Source: an uncultured Lachnospiraceae bacterium (GTDB taxonomy: Bacteria > Bacillota > Clostridia > Lachnospirales > Lachnospiraceae). Taken from it: 64,000 nucleotides of DNA. The notes below the pieces were generated by a model that did not search any database, had not been told where the DNA came from, and saw nothing but the letters and a program-made list of their open reading frames with translations. Every line of letters starts with the position of its first letter. Positions within the stretch are counted from its first letter, which is position 1. The translations under genes were made by a program, and so were the position numbers. Positions 25,953 through 35,251 of the stretch are shown piece after piece. The stretch is from the NCBI GenBank assembly GCA_945919795.1, contig CAMEJJ010000014.1:4440-68439 (forward strand). The letters run 5' to 3'.

Positions 25953-25984
25953 AACTATCAAGCATATATTGATATATATCAAGA
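25953..25984. promoter_or_regulatory. Candidate C-box/operator upstream of the C gene
   Basis: CTATCAAGCATATATTGATATATATCAAGAT contains the perfect 14-bp palindrome TTGATATATATCAA (25969..25982) and a second TATCAAG half-site. Confidence 0.45.
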
Positions 25985-26032
25985 TTTTCTTGTTTTTTCT
26001 ACACTTCAATCATGTGATTTCTTACTCCACAA

Positions 26033-26224
26033 TTACTTCATCTGCTCATCTGCTCTGGTAATCACAAGCTTTCCTCCATCGCACTCGACCCTTATAGGAG
26101 TTCCCGGCTCAAAGCCTAATGTTTCAAGCCATGCTCCCTTCAATATGATGGTGGCTGTGTCCTTATACCGATACCCTGACTGTGCATATACCTTCATTTT
26201 GCGTTCTTTTTTAAATACTGCCAT
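26033..26224 (-). CDS. SymE-like (AbrB/SpoVT-fold) toxin-family protein
   Basis: IILKGAWLETLGFEPGTPIRVECDGGKLVIT parallels E. coli SymE [31 protein letters not shown]. Confidence 0.7.
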   Translation of the reverse strand: MAVFKKERKMKVYAQSGYRYKDTATIILKGAWLETLGFEPGTPIRVECDGGKLVITRADEQMK

Positions 26225-26531
26225 AGTTAACCCTTCCTTTCTGTTTCATCCATCTGATGGTTTTTCCGTTTTCAATTACATATGTATCGTGATTCTTTAT
26301 GCTCTCCACAGCCTTGGCAACCGTCCAGGTTTCCCAATGCTTGTGGTAATACTTTGTATCTGCCGTATGCTTATGATACAAGGTCACAGGCTTATTTGAA
26401 TCAACTGACTTCTTGAAAATAATCCATTGGTGTTTTGTATTATTACTTCTGACTTCAATAAACTTCTCTTCCTCCCGGATGATGGTAAAGTACCCTCCAC
26501 CGAGCATTTGTTTTTCTTTCTTCGTGAACAA
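26211..26531 (-). CDS. Hypothetical protein co-transcribed with the SymE-like gene
   Basis: 106-aa ORF with a 14-nt overlap with the SymE-like ORF. I recognise no motif. Confidence 0.5.
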   Translation of the reverse strand: MFTKKEKQMLGGGYFTIIREEEKFIEVRSNNTKHQWIIFKKSVDSNKPVTLYHKHTADTKYYHKHWETWTVAKAVESIKNHDTYVIENGKTIRWMKQKGRVNYGSI

Positions 26532-26545
26532 TAGGCAGTTCCTCC

Positions 26546-27874
26546 TTATAATGTTATTTTCATTCGTGCCCCATCAATAAGTTCAATTTTTAATATTCCG
26601 TTTGGAAAAACTGTAGCCGAACTGACCACAATAGAAATGTCTTGAATATCCTTGACATAAGACTTTTTAAATGTGACCTCGGCTGCAATACCGAGATTAA
26701 GGAATATGTTTTGTAATACTATTTTGATTTGAGGATATTTTTTGAAAATCCTCCTAGCTATCTCTATATAGATATTAGGCAGCTCACTTTGAAGAATCCG
26801 AGTGTTCTTGCAATAAAGCGGAGTTTTAAATCTATTTCGGCACATCATAACAATCTTGCGATATTTATCATTGGAGTGTTCTGGTTTTGGTCCATACCAT
26901 GTACCACAGACGCCGCATCTTAAAAGTGAAGATGCGGGGGTAATTCCACTATACTTTTCTCTCCCTGATGAGGTTCTGGATGAAATCAGAGTTTGTGTGT
27001 AATCGAACACCACCTCATCAACAATAGGCTCATGCCCTTCATGAACATAATATTGTGGTAATTCTCCTTCATTCTTCTTGGCCTTCTTAGTAAGAAAGTC
27101 TACAGTAAATGTTTTCTGAAGCAAAGCGTCCCCCTTATATTTTTCATTTTTAAGAATGCTAAGGACAGAACTCGGATGCCACCTGTCTTTTCCTGCGGGG
27201 GACTTGACTTCCCATCTTTGTAAGAACTGAGAGATTTTATAAGTCGAATAACCTTGAATGTACATTCTGAAAATTAGTCTGACAAATACCGCCTGTTCTT
27301 CATTTATCTCAAACCCGGCATTGTATCCCAAAAAACTTTTATAGCCCACAGAATATTTCCCATCAGCAAATCTCTTACGAAGCCCCCATGCAGTATTTTC
27401 TGAAATCGACCGCGCCTCTTCCTGTGCAAGCGAAGTGAGTAAAGTAATCAGGAATTCACCCTTGGAATCAAGAGTCCATACATTTTCTCTCTCGAAGAAT
27501 ACTCCAACTCCGATTTCCTTTAATTCTCTTATAACATTCAGAGCATCCACAGTATTCCTTGCAAATCTACTAACTGATTTAGTTAGTACCATATCTATCT
27601 TTCCTTGTTTACAGTCTTCAATCATCCTCTGAAATTCTGCACGATGACGATAAGAAGTCCCTGTTATACCTTCATCAACATATATCCCAACGAGCACCCA
27701 TGATGGGGCTTCTTCTATCTTTTTCTCATAATAGTCTTTTTGCGCCTCAAGGCTATTTAGCTGTTCATCGTTATATGTAGATACCCTTGCGTATGCTGCT
27801 ACCTTTTTTATTGATGTTTTCTGCATTGGAAGTGCTACAATACTTATCGGTTCAATCTTTGTAACCCTACTCAT
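26546..27874 (-). CDS. Large serine recombinase (phage integrase)
   Basis: VAAYARVSTYNDEQLNSLEAQ (catalytic Ser), VLTKSVSRFARN, a recombinase domain and a Cys-rich zinc-ribbon region CGVCGTWYG..CRN. Trimmed to MSRVTKIEP (GGAGG 9 nt upstream). Confidence 0.9.
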   Translation of the reverse strand: MSRVTKIEPISIVALPMQKTSIKKVAAYARVSTYNDEQLNSLEAQKDYYEKKIEEAPSWVLVGIYVDEGITGTSYRHRAEFQRMIEDCKQGKIDMVLTKSVSRFARNTVDALNVIRELKEIGVGVFFERENVWTLDSKGEFLITLLTSLAQEEARSISENTAWGLRKRFADGKYSVGYKSFLGYNAGFEINEEQAVFVRLIFRMYIQGYSTYKISQFLQRWEVKSPAGKDRWHPSSVLSILKNEKYKGDALLQKTFTVDFLTKKAKKNEGELPQYYVHEGHEPIVDEVVFDYTQTLISSRTSSGREKYSGITPASSLLRCGVCGTWYGPKPEHSNDKYRKIVMMCRNRFKTPLYCKNTRILQSELPNIYIEIARRIFKKYPQIKIVLQNIFLNLGIAAEVTFKKSYVKDIQDISIVVSSATVFPNGILKIELIDGARMKITL

Positions 27875-28058
27875 CCTCAAAAACCTCCTGAACGTAAAAT
27901 CCCGGTGTTTCAATCGATTTTAAAGGTGGGTCAAAATCGACCAGAAGTTGCTTATGGATTTCTTCGTATTCCTTTATAGTAATTTCATTAGAATGTAGCA
28001 TATTGGTTATCAGCCACTTGGCACATCTGTACTGCACTTCTCTATCTTGATGTTCCAT
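27867..28058 (-). CDS. Hypothetical small protein, first gene of the recombinase operon
   Basis: 63-aa ORF with GGAGG 7 nt upstream and an 8-nt overlap with the recombinase start. Confidence 0.5.
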   Translation of the reverse strand: MEHQDREVQYRCAKWLITNMLHSNEITIKEYEEIHKQLLVDFDPPLKSIETPGFYVQEVFEDE

Positions 28059-28070
28059 ATCGGATTCCTC

Positions 28071-28266
28071 CTATCGTTAAAGATAGTAAAAGTAACCCTC
28101 TTTATTTGAGATAAGTCAAGTAATATATAACTTTTAACGATATCACACATTTTAACGATAATAATTCCTATCGTTAAAAGGGTTTCATTTAAGAGATTTA
28201 GGATTTTCCCTGTGTTGCGATATCAGGACTTCAAATAGCATAACCCGGTGTTTTCTATCGTAAAAA
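28071..28266. promoter_or_regulatory. Cluster of TATCGTTAA(AA) motifs between the recombinase operon and the phage-host junction
   Basis: Copies at 28072..28080 (+), 28132..28143 (inverted), 28151..28160 (inverted), 28169..28180 (+), and a degenerate one at 28256..28266. The middle pair forms TTTTAACGATA-N8-TATCGTTAAAA. Confidence 0.5.
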
Positions 28267-28286
28267 AGCCTTATTTCAAGGGATTT

Positions 28287-30647
28287 CTACATCCATGCTT
28301 GTATCAATTTCGTAGTAGGGTTGTTATCAGCACCGGCTGAAACAAGGCCAATCTTTGGCATAAAGTTTTCCAAAAAAGCTTCCGAAGAAGAAAAACGAGA
28401 GCCATGATGTCCAAGTTTTAACAGACTGATGCTGCTATTTCGTAAATATGGTGATTTCATAATTTCATTTTCATATGCGGCTGTTAAATCCCCCATGAAC
28501 AATAATTTCTGTTTTTGGCATTCCAAAAGTAAAACCATAGAGCGGTCATTTTCATCCGGATTTATTATTGATGTTATTTTGTTATTATCTTTTCCCTGAT
28601 TTCCATTTATCCCACCATTATCATCCTTTCCTTTTCCACTCGCTTTTCCCGGATACAAACATGTCAGCATAAAATCATTCCCCTCGATATGATCTCCTTC
28701 TGAAAAATACAACACCTGCGTCCCCGATTTCTGTGCAGCAGATAAAATCGTTTGATATGCTTCATTTTCTTTTGCATAATCCGTAAGCACAAGGTAACGA
28801 ATGGAAATCCGGTTACTCTTTGGGTTCTCTAACAATTCCAAAACACCGTTCGTATGATCTTTATCCGCATGTGTCAAAAACACAAAATCCACAGTCTGAA
28901 TGCCATGACTTCTCAAAAAAGGAGAAATCCTGTATTTCCCAACATCAGAAACCGAACTGCTGCCACCGTCAATCATCATACATAAGCCACCTATTTCCTC
29001 TAAAACAAAACAGTCTCCCTGCCCGACATCTAACATAGTCAGCGTTGTATCATTTACACTATGAACGCATAATAAAATGGAATTCAGCAAAAGGAGCAAA
29101 CCCGCTAAAAATGCACGGTACTTTTCTACATTCACAACAATTCGTCTTCCGTATTTCGGGATGATTTCTGTTAATCGTTTTTTTCCTTTTTTCATCCAAC
29201 GCTTTCCACAATCGCTACTACACAAACAAAGAAGAAAAAGTACGCAGTAATAGATTACTATTTTATGAATTTCCGGTTTTGCAATCACCGGATGAGCAAA
29301 AGGTAATTCATCAAAAAGCAGACATAGTTTCTCATATCCGCTCAAGATTAAATGACAAAACCATAAAATACCTTTTCCCATACCGGGCATTATGACACCA
29401 ATTACAGCGCCTGCCATTCCTACAACCATCAAAATACCAACAAAAGGTGTTATCAATATATTTAAAATCAAAGAATAAATGGAAAACGTGTAAAAGAAAT
29501 AGATTTGAATGGGAAGTGTGGATATAAGAACACTGAGACTTACACGAAAAGAAGATACAATAAACTTTTTTATTTTTTTGATTATTTTCCCAACTATTGT
29601 ATCTTTTTTAAGAACCATGGCATCAATCAGTTTTTGCTGTTTCGATAAACCGGTGATAAAAGGAAGAATAAATGCAATTCCTGCGACGGCGCTAAACGAG
29701 AGCAAAAAACCACTATAGTATGCATACAATGGATTCCAAAACAAAAGAAGCGCGGCAGATAATGACATTGCTGTCATCAAATCATATGTCCTATGGACAA
29801 CCTCTGAAAACAGAAATAAGGAAAACATGATAATACTTCGAACTGCAGATGCCTGTGAACCGGTCAATAAACCATACATAACAACAAACAAAAACGAAAC
29901 AGAGTTAGCAACAGATAACGGAATGCGTATCTTTCTCAACAACCGGCACAATCCCATTCCCCAGAGTGTAATGTGCAGTCCCGATACCGCGATGATATGA
30001 GCAATTCCATTTCTTTGGTAAAGCTCCTTTATCTCTTCATCCATTCCGGTTTTATCTCCAAACAGCATGGCTTTTAACACCCCTGCATCTTCTTTGGACA
30101 TGGAGACATCTAAAACATTTGACAGGCTGTTTTTTATCACATACAGTCCATGTCGTACCGGCCAATAAGTTTCTGATACGATTTCATAGCTACACCCTGT
30201 CATGGAAAAGTCCATTCCCATAATGGCATAGTATTCTTTCATATCAAACTGTCCATCGTTTGTGGCAGATTCAAACTGACGCACTTTCCCCTGTACAACC
30301 ACGGTGTTACCGATTTTCAATTTTTTCCCGATTGAATTTTTAGATGTATATTCTGACAGACAATCTGATGCGTTTTCAGACAGATTTTTAGATGTATCTT
30401 CAGAATCATATTGAGATGTGTTTTCCAGATTCTCAGATAAATAACAGATCACAGAAATATCTTTCTTCGAATTTTTCAGATATATAACCGTATGATTATT
30501 TTTTACTCCCATGTTATAAACCTTACCGCAAAACCGGACATTTTGATCATTATCCTGTCTATCTTCCGGTTTCTGCGACATAAATGTCATACATAACATG
30601 ATTAAAAACACATAAATCAGGCAGAGCAGACATAGCGGTCTTCTCAT
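28287..30647 (-). CDS. comEC: ComEC/Rec2 DNA internalization channel protein, C-terminus truncated/replaced at the prophage junction
   Basis: Competence domain, many TM segments, metallo-beta-lactamase motifs LTHADKDHTNG, MGDL and LGHHGS. It ends ..SAGADNNPTTKLIQAWM, lacking the expected YGHP and the distal ~40-60 aa. Confidence 0.85.
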   Translation of the reverse strand: MRRPLCLLCLIYVFLIMLCMTFMSQKPEDRQDNDQNVRFCGKVYNMGVKNNHTVIYLKNSKKDISVICYLSENLENTSQYDSEDTSKNLSENASDCLSEYTSKNSIGKKLKIGNTVVVQGKVRQFESATNDGQFDMKEYYAIMGMDFSMTGCSYEIVSETYWPVRHGLYVIKNSLSNVLDVSMSKEDAGVLKAMLFGDKTGMDEEIKELYQRNGIAHIIAVSGLHITLWGMGLCRLLRKIRIPLSVANSVSFLFVVMYGLLTGSQASAVRSIIMFSLFLFSEVVHRTYDLMTAMSLSAALLLFWNPLYAYYSGFLLSFSAVAGIAFILPFITGLSKQQKLIDAMVLKKDTIVGKIIKKIKKFIVSSFRVSLSVLISTLPIQIYFFYTFSIYSLILNILITPFVGILMVVGMAGAVIGVIMPGMGKGILWFCHLILSGYEKLCLLFDELPFAHPVIAKPEIHKIVIYYCVLFLLCLCSSDCGKRWMKKGKKRLTEIIPKYGRRIVVNVEKYRAFLAGLLLLLNSILLCVHSVNDTTLTMLDVGQGDCFVLEEIGGLCMMIDGGSSSVSDVGKYRISPFLRSHGIQTVDFVFLTHADKDHTNGVLELLENPKSNRISIRYLVLTDYAKENEAYQTILSAAQKSGTQVLYFSEGDHIEGNDFMLTCLYPGKASGKGKDDNGGINGNQGKDNNKITSIINPDENDRSMVLLLECQKQKLLFMGDLTAAYENEIMKSPYLRNSSISLLKLGHHGSRFSSSEAFLENFMPKIGLVSAGADNNPTTKLIQAWM

Positions 30648-30655
30648 AAACCTCC

Positions 30656-31585
30656 TTACTGTGCATTATCTATAATCTCCATATTTCTTTCGAACGGTTG
30701 TAACAGTGAGATTTTTTCCATGTAATTCAAATCACTGTTTCCTTCGATTGAAAGCTGCACACGATTCACACCCGGCAGTTCAGTCAAAGAATTCACAATG
30801 GAATATACAGCAACCTCCGGTGTCACATTTCCCTGTCGAACCAAAAAGCCTCCATTTAAATTCACATAGCATACGCCATCCTGTGTCGTAACACTCAAAA
30901 TCTGTGTGTCACTGCTTATGGTTGCAAAACCGTTTTCCACATTGTCCCCGTCTTCCGGTCCTGCAATTAATCGCTCGACAACTAACTTATCCAGTGAAAT
31001 ATTACTGTTATAAATACATTCTACAGTTTTCGGTTGCAATAAATTTCCGGATTCATCTGCAAAATACAAGGTCAGATCTGCTTTTTCCATCGAATTGATT
31101 TCATCCCCTGCATTATCCACAAACTGATCTTGTGACATCAATCCGACTAAATATCCGTTAGCATTTGCATACGGTTCACCCTCAATTTTAAATGAGACAA
31201 AACGGATTCCTTCAACCTGACAAAGCGTCCGTACAATAGCTGCCCTCGAAAGCACTTCCAGAATCGGATTCATATCCCGGTAATTCACATTAAAATCCAA
31301 AGTCAGCTGATCTTCATGTAAAGAAAAACCTATGATTTCAACACCTTCCGGAATGGCACTTTTGGAACTTGCACTTTCCGGACTTTTCTGAAGTTCTCGA
31401 AATAGAATCTGCAAAACCTCTTTTATCTCGGTCTCTTCCACATCAATGGAATAACTGTCAACTTTATTCTCATCTTTATCAACCGTATAAATCAAATATT
31501 CTTTTGATAAGCTTTGTTTCTGACTGCTGCAACCTGCCAAAATCAACATAAGAAAAAGCAGGGCAGCCCATTTCATTTTATTCAT
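30656..31585 (-). CDS. gerM: GerM domain lipoprotein
   Basis: Lipobox LILAGCSS after MNKMKWAALLF, followed by two GerM-like repeats. Start trimmed to ATG 31585 (AAGGA 7 nt upstream). Confidence 0.65.
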   Translation of the reverse strand: MNKMKWAALLFLMLILAGCSSQKQSLSKEYLIYTVDKDENKVDSYSIDVEETEIKEVLQILFRELQKSPESASSKSAIPEGVEIIGFSLHEDQLTLDFNVNYRDMNPILEVLSRAAIVRTLCQVEGIRFVSFKIEGEPYANANGYLVGLMSQDQFVDNAGDEINSMEKADLTLYFADESGNLLQPKTVECIYNSNISLDKLVVERLIAGPEDGDNVENGFATISSDTQILSVTTQDGVCYVNLNGGFLVRQGNVTPEVAVYSIVNSLTELPGVNRVQLSIEGNSDLNYMEKISLLQPFERNMEIIDNAQ

Positions 31586-31633
31586 ATGAATATCCTTTAC
31601 AAACATGGTAAACCGGATACAGCCGTAAATGTA

Positions 31634-33133
31634 CTATTTGGATACATAAGTCAACGGTATTTTTACCGAAAATGTCGTTCCGCTTTCCGGTTTGCTCTCC
31701 ACTTTGATAGCACCCCTGTGCATCAGAATGGCATTTCTGGTAATGGCAAGACCAAGTCCGGTTCCACCGATTTTTTTGGAATGTGATTTATCAACACGGT
31801 AAAATCTTTCAAAAATATGTTCAATAGCCTCTTGTGGAATACCGATTCCGTTATCTTCCACATCGATTGTAAAAAACTGATGATCGGCATCCAGCCTTAC
31901 TTTTACATAACCGTGCTCTTTATTATATTTAATCCCGTTTTCAACAAGATTGGATATAGCAAGTGTCAGCTTCACTTCATCCACTTCCGCATTTACTTCT
32001 CTGACACTCTCATAAATCAAGTCAATATCCTTCTGATCGGCAATTGGTTTTAGGCGTTTTAGAATCGCTTCAATCATCTGGTTGATGTCCACGGATTCTA
32101 CATTTAAATCCGATGAGGTTTTATCCATTTTTACCAAAGAAAGTAAGTCATTGATAATTTTATTTTCACGATCAATCTCATCTGCTATATCCAGCATAAA
32201 TTCCTGATACAGCTCCACCGGAACATCTTCCTGGGCTTTTAAGGAATCTGCCAATACCTTCATGGAAGTCAATGGCGTCTTTAATTCGTGTGACACATTG
32301 GAAACAAATTCCTGTCTGGACTCATCTAAAACCTTCATTCTCTTTAATACTTCATTGAACGCATGAATAATATGCTCTGTCTCAACATAATCCGGAACAT
32401 CTGATATCTCACTTTCAAATCCGTCCTTTACCTCTCCGATTGCAGAAGTCACCTTATCAAAAGGTTTCATTAAAAGCTTGGATGCAAACCAGGAAAGACA
32501 AATTACCAGAATCATCATCAAAAGCTGTAAAGTCTGAGCCTTTTCATCCAAAACCTGGATATTGGTATTAATATTGTCCGTCGAAACGCTGATTAGCATT
32601 ACACCAATGGTCTGATTTTCTGTTTCTGCAATTTTACCAATACCCGTTTCGTTGCCGACCTCTGCAGTTAATGTAATGGGAGTTGTAATCTCAATATAAT
32701 GGTTGTGACTGTCATAATGATTGGAATTTTTACCTTTAAAACAAAGAATGACTTCTTCCGAAATAATCGTTTTCCCCTCACTAATGCCATAAGTATCTTT
32801 TACAGCAGTAAAATTTTGATCAATCACAATGACTCTTCCGTCATATAGCGTGGAGAGCTGCAATAATTCGGCATTTATGGTATCCAAATTGGGATTTTGT
32901 AAATAGTTGTTGACCACTAAGTGATTAGCAAGAATCTTTGCCTGATTTTCAACCTCAGCAATTCGCAAAGAAACTGCACGATTCTCATAGTTCTGCAAAA
33001 TTCCGTATCGCATCATCAGTGTCGGAACATAGCTGACCACAATGATAATCATAAAGATACGGAAGCGCAGACTTTTCACAAAATGCAAACGAGATATGAT
33101 TTTTTGAAATATTGATAGTAATGTTGTTTTCAA
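31634..33133 (-). CDS. Sensor histidine kinase
   Basis: Two TM segments, HisKA SHELKTPLTS, HATPase N/G boxes (ENGIKYN, DNGIGIP, GGTGLGLAI). TTG start 12 nt after the regulator's stop. Confidence 0.85.
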   Translation of the reverse strand: MKTTLLSIFQKIISRLHFVKSLRFRIFMIIIVVSYVPTLMMRYGILQNYENRAVSLRIAEVENQAKILANHLVVNNYLQNPNLDTINAELLQLSTLYDGRVIVIDQNFTAVKDTYGISEGKTIISEEVILCFKGKNSNHYDSHNHYIEITTPITLTAEVGNETGIGKIAETENQTIGVMLISVSTDNINTNIQVLDEKAQTLQLLMMILVICLSWFASKLLMKPFDKVTSAIGEVKDGFESEISDVPDYVETEHIIHAFNEVLKRMKVLDESRQEFVSNVSHELKTPLTSMKVLADSLKAQEDVPVELYQEFMLDIADEIDRENKIINDLLSLVKMDKTSSDLNVESVDINQMIEAILKRLKPIADQKDIDLIYESVREVNAEVDEVKLTLAISNLVENGIKYNKEHGYVKVRLDADHQFFTIDVEDNGIGIPQEAIEHIFERFYRVDKSHSKKIGGTGLGLAITRNAILMHRGAIKVESKPESGTTFSVKIPLTYVSK

Positions 33134-33145
33134 GCTTTTATCCTG

Positions 33146-33835
33146 CTATTTGAAATAATATCCCACACCCCATTTAGTATGAACATATTTGGGTTCACTG
33201 GGGTTTTCTTCGGTCTTTTCACGCAATCGTCTGATATGTACATCCACAGTCCTAACATCGCCGGGATAGTCTTCGCCCCACACCAGAGTCAATAATTTTT
33301 CCCGACTGTATACTTTATTGGGATTCATCATCAGAAGTTCCAAAACATCAAATTCCTTGGCGGTCAGATTGATTTCGCGTCCTTCAATATATACACGCCG
33401 GCTTTCTCTGTCAATTTTGATATCGCCTCTTTCCAGAATTGCATCTTCCGGCTTTTTCTCTTTGGAATCGGAACCGGATCTGCGCATAATTGCTTTGATG
33501 CGAGCCTTTACCTCTAAGATATTAAAAGGTTTTGTAATATAATCATCCGCGCCATATTCCAGACCCAGGATTTTATCCATATCATCACCCTTTGCCGTCA
33601 GCATAATGATCGGAACATTGGAAAAATCACGGATCTGCTGACAAACTTCAAAACCGGTCAGTCCGGGTAACATGACGTCCAAAAGAATAATATCGAATTT
33701 TTCAGCTTTTGCCAATGCCAGTGCCTCTTCTCCATCATAAGCACAGGAAACTTCCATTCCATCCTGTTCCAGGCTGAAACGAATTCCTTTTACAATTAAT
33801 TTCTCATCATCCACAACCAATACTTTTTTTGACAT
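33146..33835 (-). CDS. OmpR-family response regulator
   Basis: MSKKVLVVDDE, DVMLPG, MLTAKG, C-terminal winged helix ..WGVGYYFK. Start trimmed to ATG 33835. Confidence 0.9.
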   Translation of the reverse strand: MSKKVLVVDDEKLIVKGIRFSLEQDGMEVSCAYDGEEALALAKAEKFDIILLDVMLPGLTGFEVCQQIRDFSNVPIIMLTAKGDDMDKILGLEYGADDYITKPFNILEVKARIKAIMRRSGSDSKEKKPEDAILERGDIKIDRESRRVYIEGREINLTAKEFDVLELLMMNPNKVYSREKLLTLVWGEDYPGDVRTVDVHIRRLREKTEENPSEPKYVHTKWGVGYYFK

Positions 33836-33884
33836 ATTAACTCCATTCAATCCGGCACATCAGACATTGTAAAGTCTGTTCTGC

Positions 33885-34568
33885 CTAGTTTACCTTAATC
33901 AGGTCCTTTATTTTTTCATACGTTCCGCTTTTGATTCCCGAAACATTTTGTATCTCCTCAATGGTTGCAAAACCACCCTGTTCTTCCCGATAAGCAATAA
34001 TTGCCTGCGCTCTGGTAGCACCTATTCCGGGAAGTGTACATAATTCACTCTCGGATGCATCATTTAAATTAACCAGTCCGTCATCCGTTTCTGTTTTCAT
34101 CTGCAAGATGCCATCCGTTTTCTGCTGTTCCCATTCGATTTCATTCAGAATATATATTTTTTGACCGTCAGAAACACTCTCCGCACGGTTTACAGATTCT
34201 AAACACGCATCATCCGTCAATCCTCCTGCGGCGGTAATCACCTCAAATACTCGTGCTCCTTCATGAAAAGAATATACACCCGGATTGTTTACGGCTCCAC
34301 AGATATCAACATAGATCAAATGATTTCCATCTTCCACGTCCTGTTTGGCATTTGCCGTATTCGAAATTTGTTCCGTTTCTATATCAGAATCATTTTCGGC
34401 ATCCTTTTTACTATCCGAATCCTCTTCCGTCAAAAGCACATATCCGCTATCATCATCCGATAAAACATAATCCTTTTGAGCAGAACATCCGGAAAGAAAA
34501 ATGACAACGACAGATAAAAGAATTGCCGTACATGGATAACACAATAGAAAACATAATCGTTTTTTCAT
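33885..34568 (-). CDS. comEA: ComEA-family DNA receptor (SLBB plus helix-hairpin-helix)
   Basis: LNDASESELCTLPGIGATRAQAIIAYREEQGGFATIEEIQNVSGI. Start trimmed to MKKRL (AGGAGG 7 nt upstream). Confidence 0.85.
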   Translation of the reverse strand: MKKRLCFLLCYPCTAILLSVVVIFLSGCSAQKDYVLSDDDSGYVLLTEEDSDSKKDAENDSDIETEQISNTANAKQDVEDGNHLIYVDICGAVNNPGVYSFHEGARVFEVITAAGGLTDDACLESVNRAESVSDGQKIYILNEIEWEQQKTDGILQMKTETDDGLVNLNDASESELCTLPGIGATRAQAIIAYREEQGGFATIEEIQNVSGIKSGTYEKIKDLIKVN

Positions 34569-34718
34569 TAACATACCTCCTATTTTTCAACAGAAGGTCC
34601 TTCTATGCTAATCGTGTCTTATATTTTATTCCAAAGATTTGAACTTTACAAGATAGTTTTTACAGAATTGTTACAAAATGCAAAAAACTCATCGTTCATT
34701 TATTCAAATCACAACATT

Positions 34719-35156
34719 TTATGCACTTTCCCACTTAAAAATGACAATTCCGATAATGGCAATCAGCATCCCTAACACTTTTTTCATCGATATAGGCTGC
34801 CTTGTTATGCCGAACAAGCCCAACAATTCAATTAAATAAGCAACGATTAACTGCGCAATGACAATATACATAGCCGCTTTTGCAGGACCGAGTTTGTTAA
34901 CGCTTACCACAACCGTATATGTGATAAAAGCTCCGATTGCTCCACCCAAAAGCATATACTTGGAATCTACATGAAATACATTTAACAAATTGGTTCTGTC
35001 GGTAATAGCCCAGACAAAAAGGCAGACAAGCAATGCACTGAACTGGACAAATGCACTGGCGCTCCAAACCGATGAAGCCTTTGTTACTCCCGTGTTGAAC
35101 ACTCCCTGTATTCCCATCAGTGCACCTGATATAATTGCAATAAAAAAACCGAGCAT
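34719..35156 (-). CDS. DMT-superfamily small transporter (YdcZ/DUF606-like)
   Basis: Five hydrophobic segments, ISGALMGIQGVFNTG. Start trimmed to MLGFF. Confidence 0.6.
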   Translation of the reverse strand: MLGFFIAIISGALMGIQGVFNTGVTKASSVWSASAFVQFSALLVCLFVWAITDRTNLLNVFHVDSKYMLLGGAIGAFITYTVVVSVNKLGPAKAAMYIVIAQLIVAYLIELLGLFGITRQPISMKKVLGMLIAIIGIVIFKWESA

Positions 35157-35251
35157 GAAAAACTCTCCTTTCATCTTCCTGACTGCAGATCGCAGTCCAT
35201 ATGGTTAGTTTTTCCTTGCCCGGCTTTATTTATTCATAAGCAAGTCTTTGC

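Larger units (their letters stand above)
1..28316. mobile_element. Prophage, integrase-proximal part; left end outside window, right junction with chromosome at about 28,310-28,320
   Basis: Contiguous phage gene set (P27 small terminase, HNH, DUF1492-type regulator, SNF2, VRR-NUC, P4-type primase, DUF2800, DUF2815, PolA, large serine recombinase). It ends 230 bp from a comEC ORF that lacks its conserved C-terminus. Confidence 0.85.

Noticed and set aside
30300-30440. Nucleotide repeats (TTTTTAGATGTAT.T.C.GA) inside comEC
   Set aside because: They encode a low-complexity Ser/Asn/Glu-rich loop (TSKNLSENASD.., YTSKNS) in frame within ComEC. This is a coding repeat, not a separate element.
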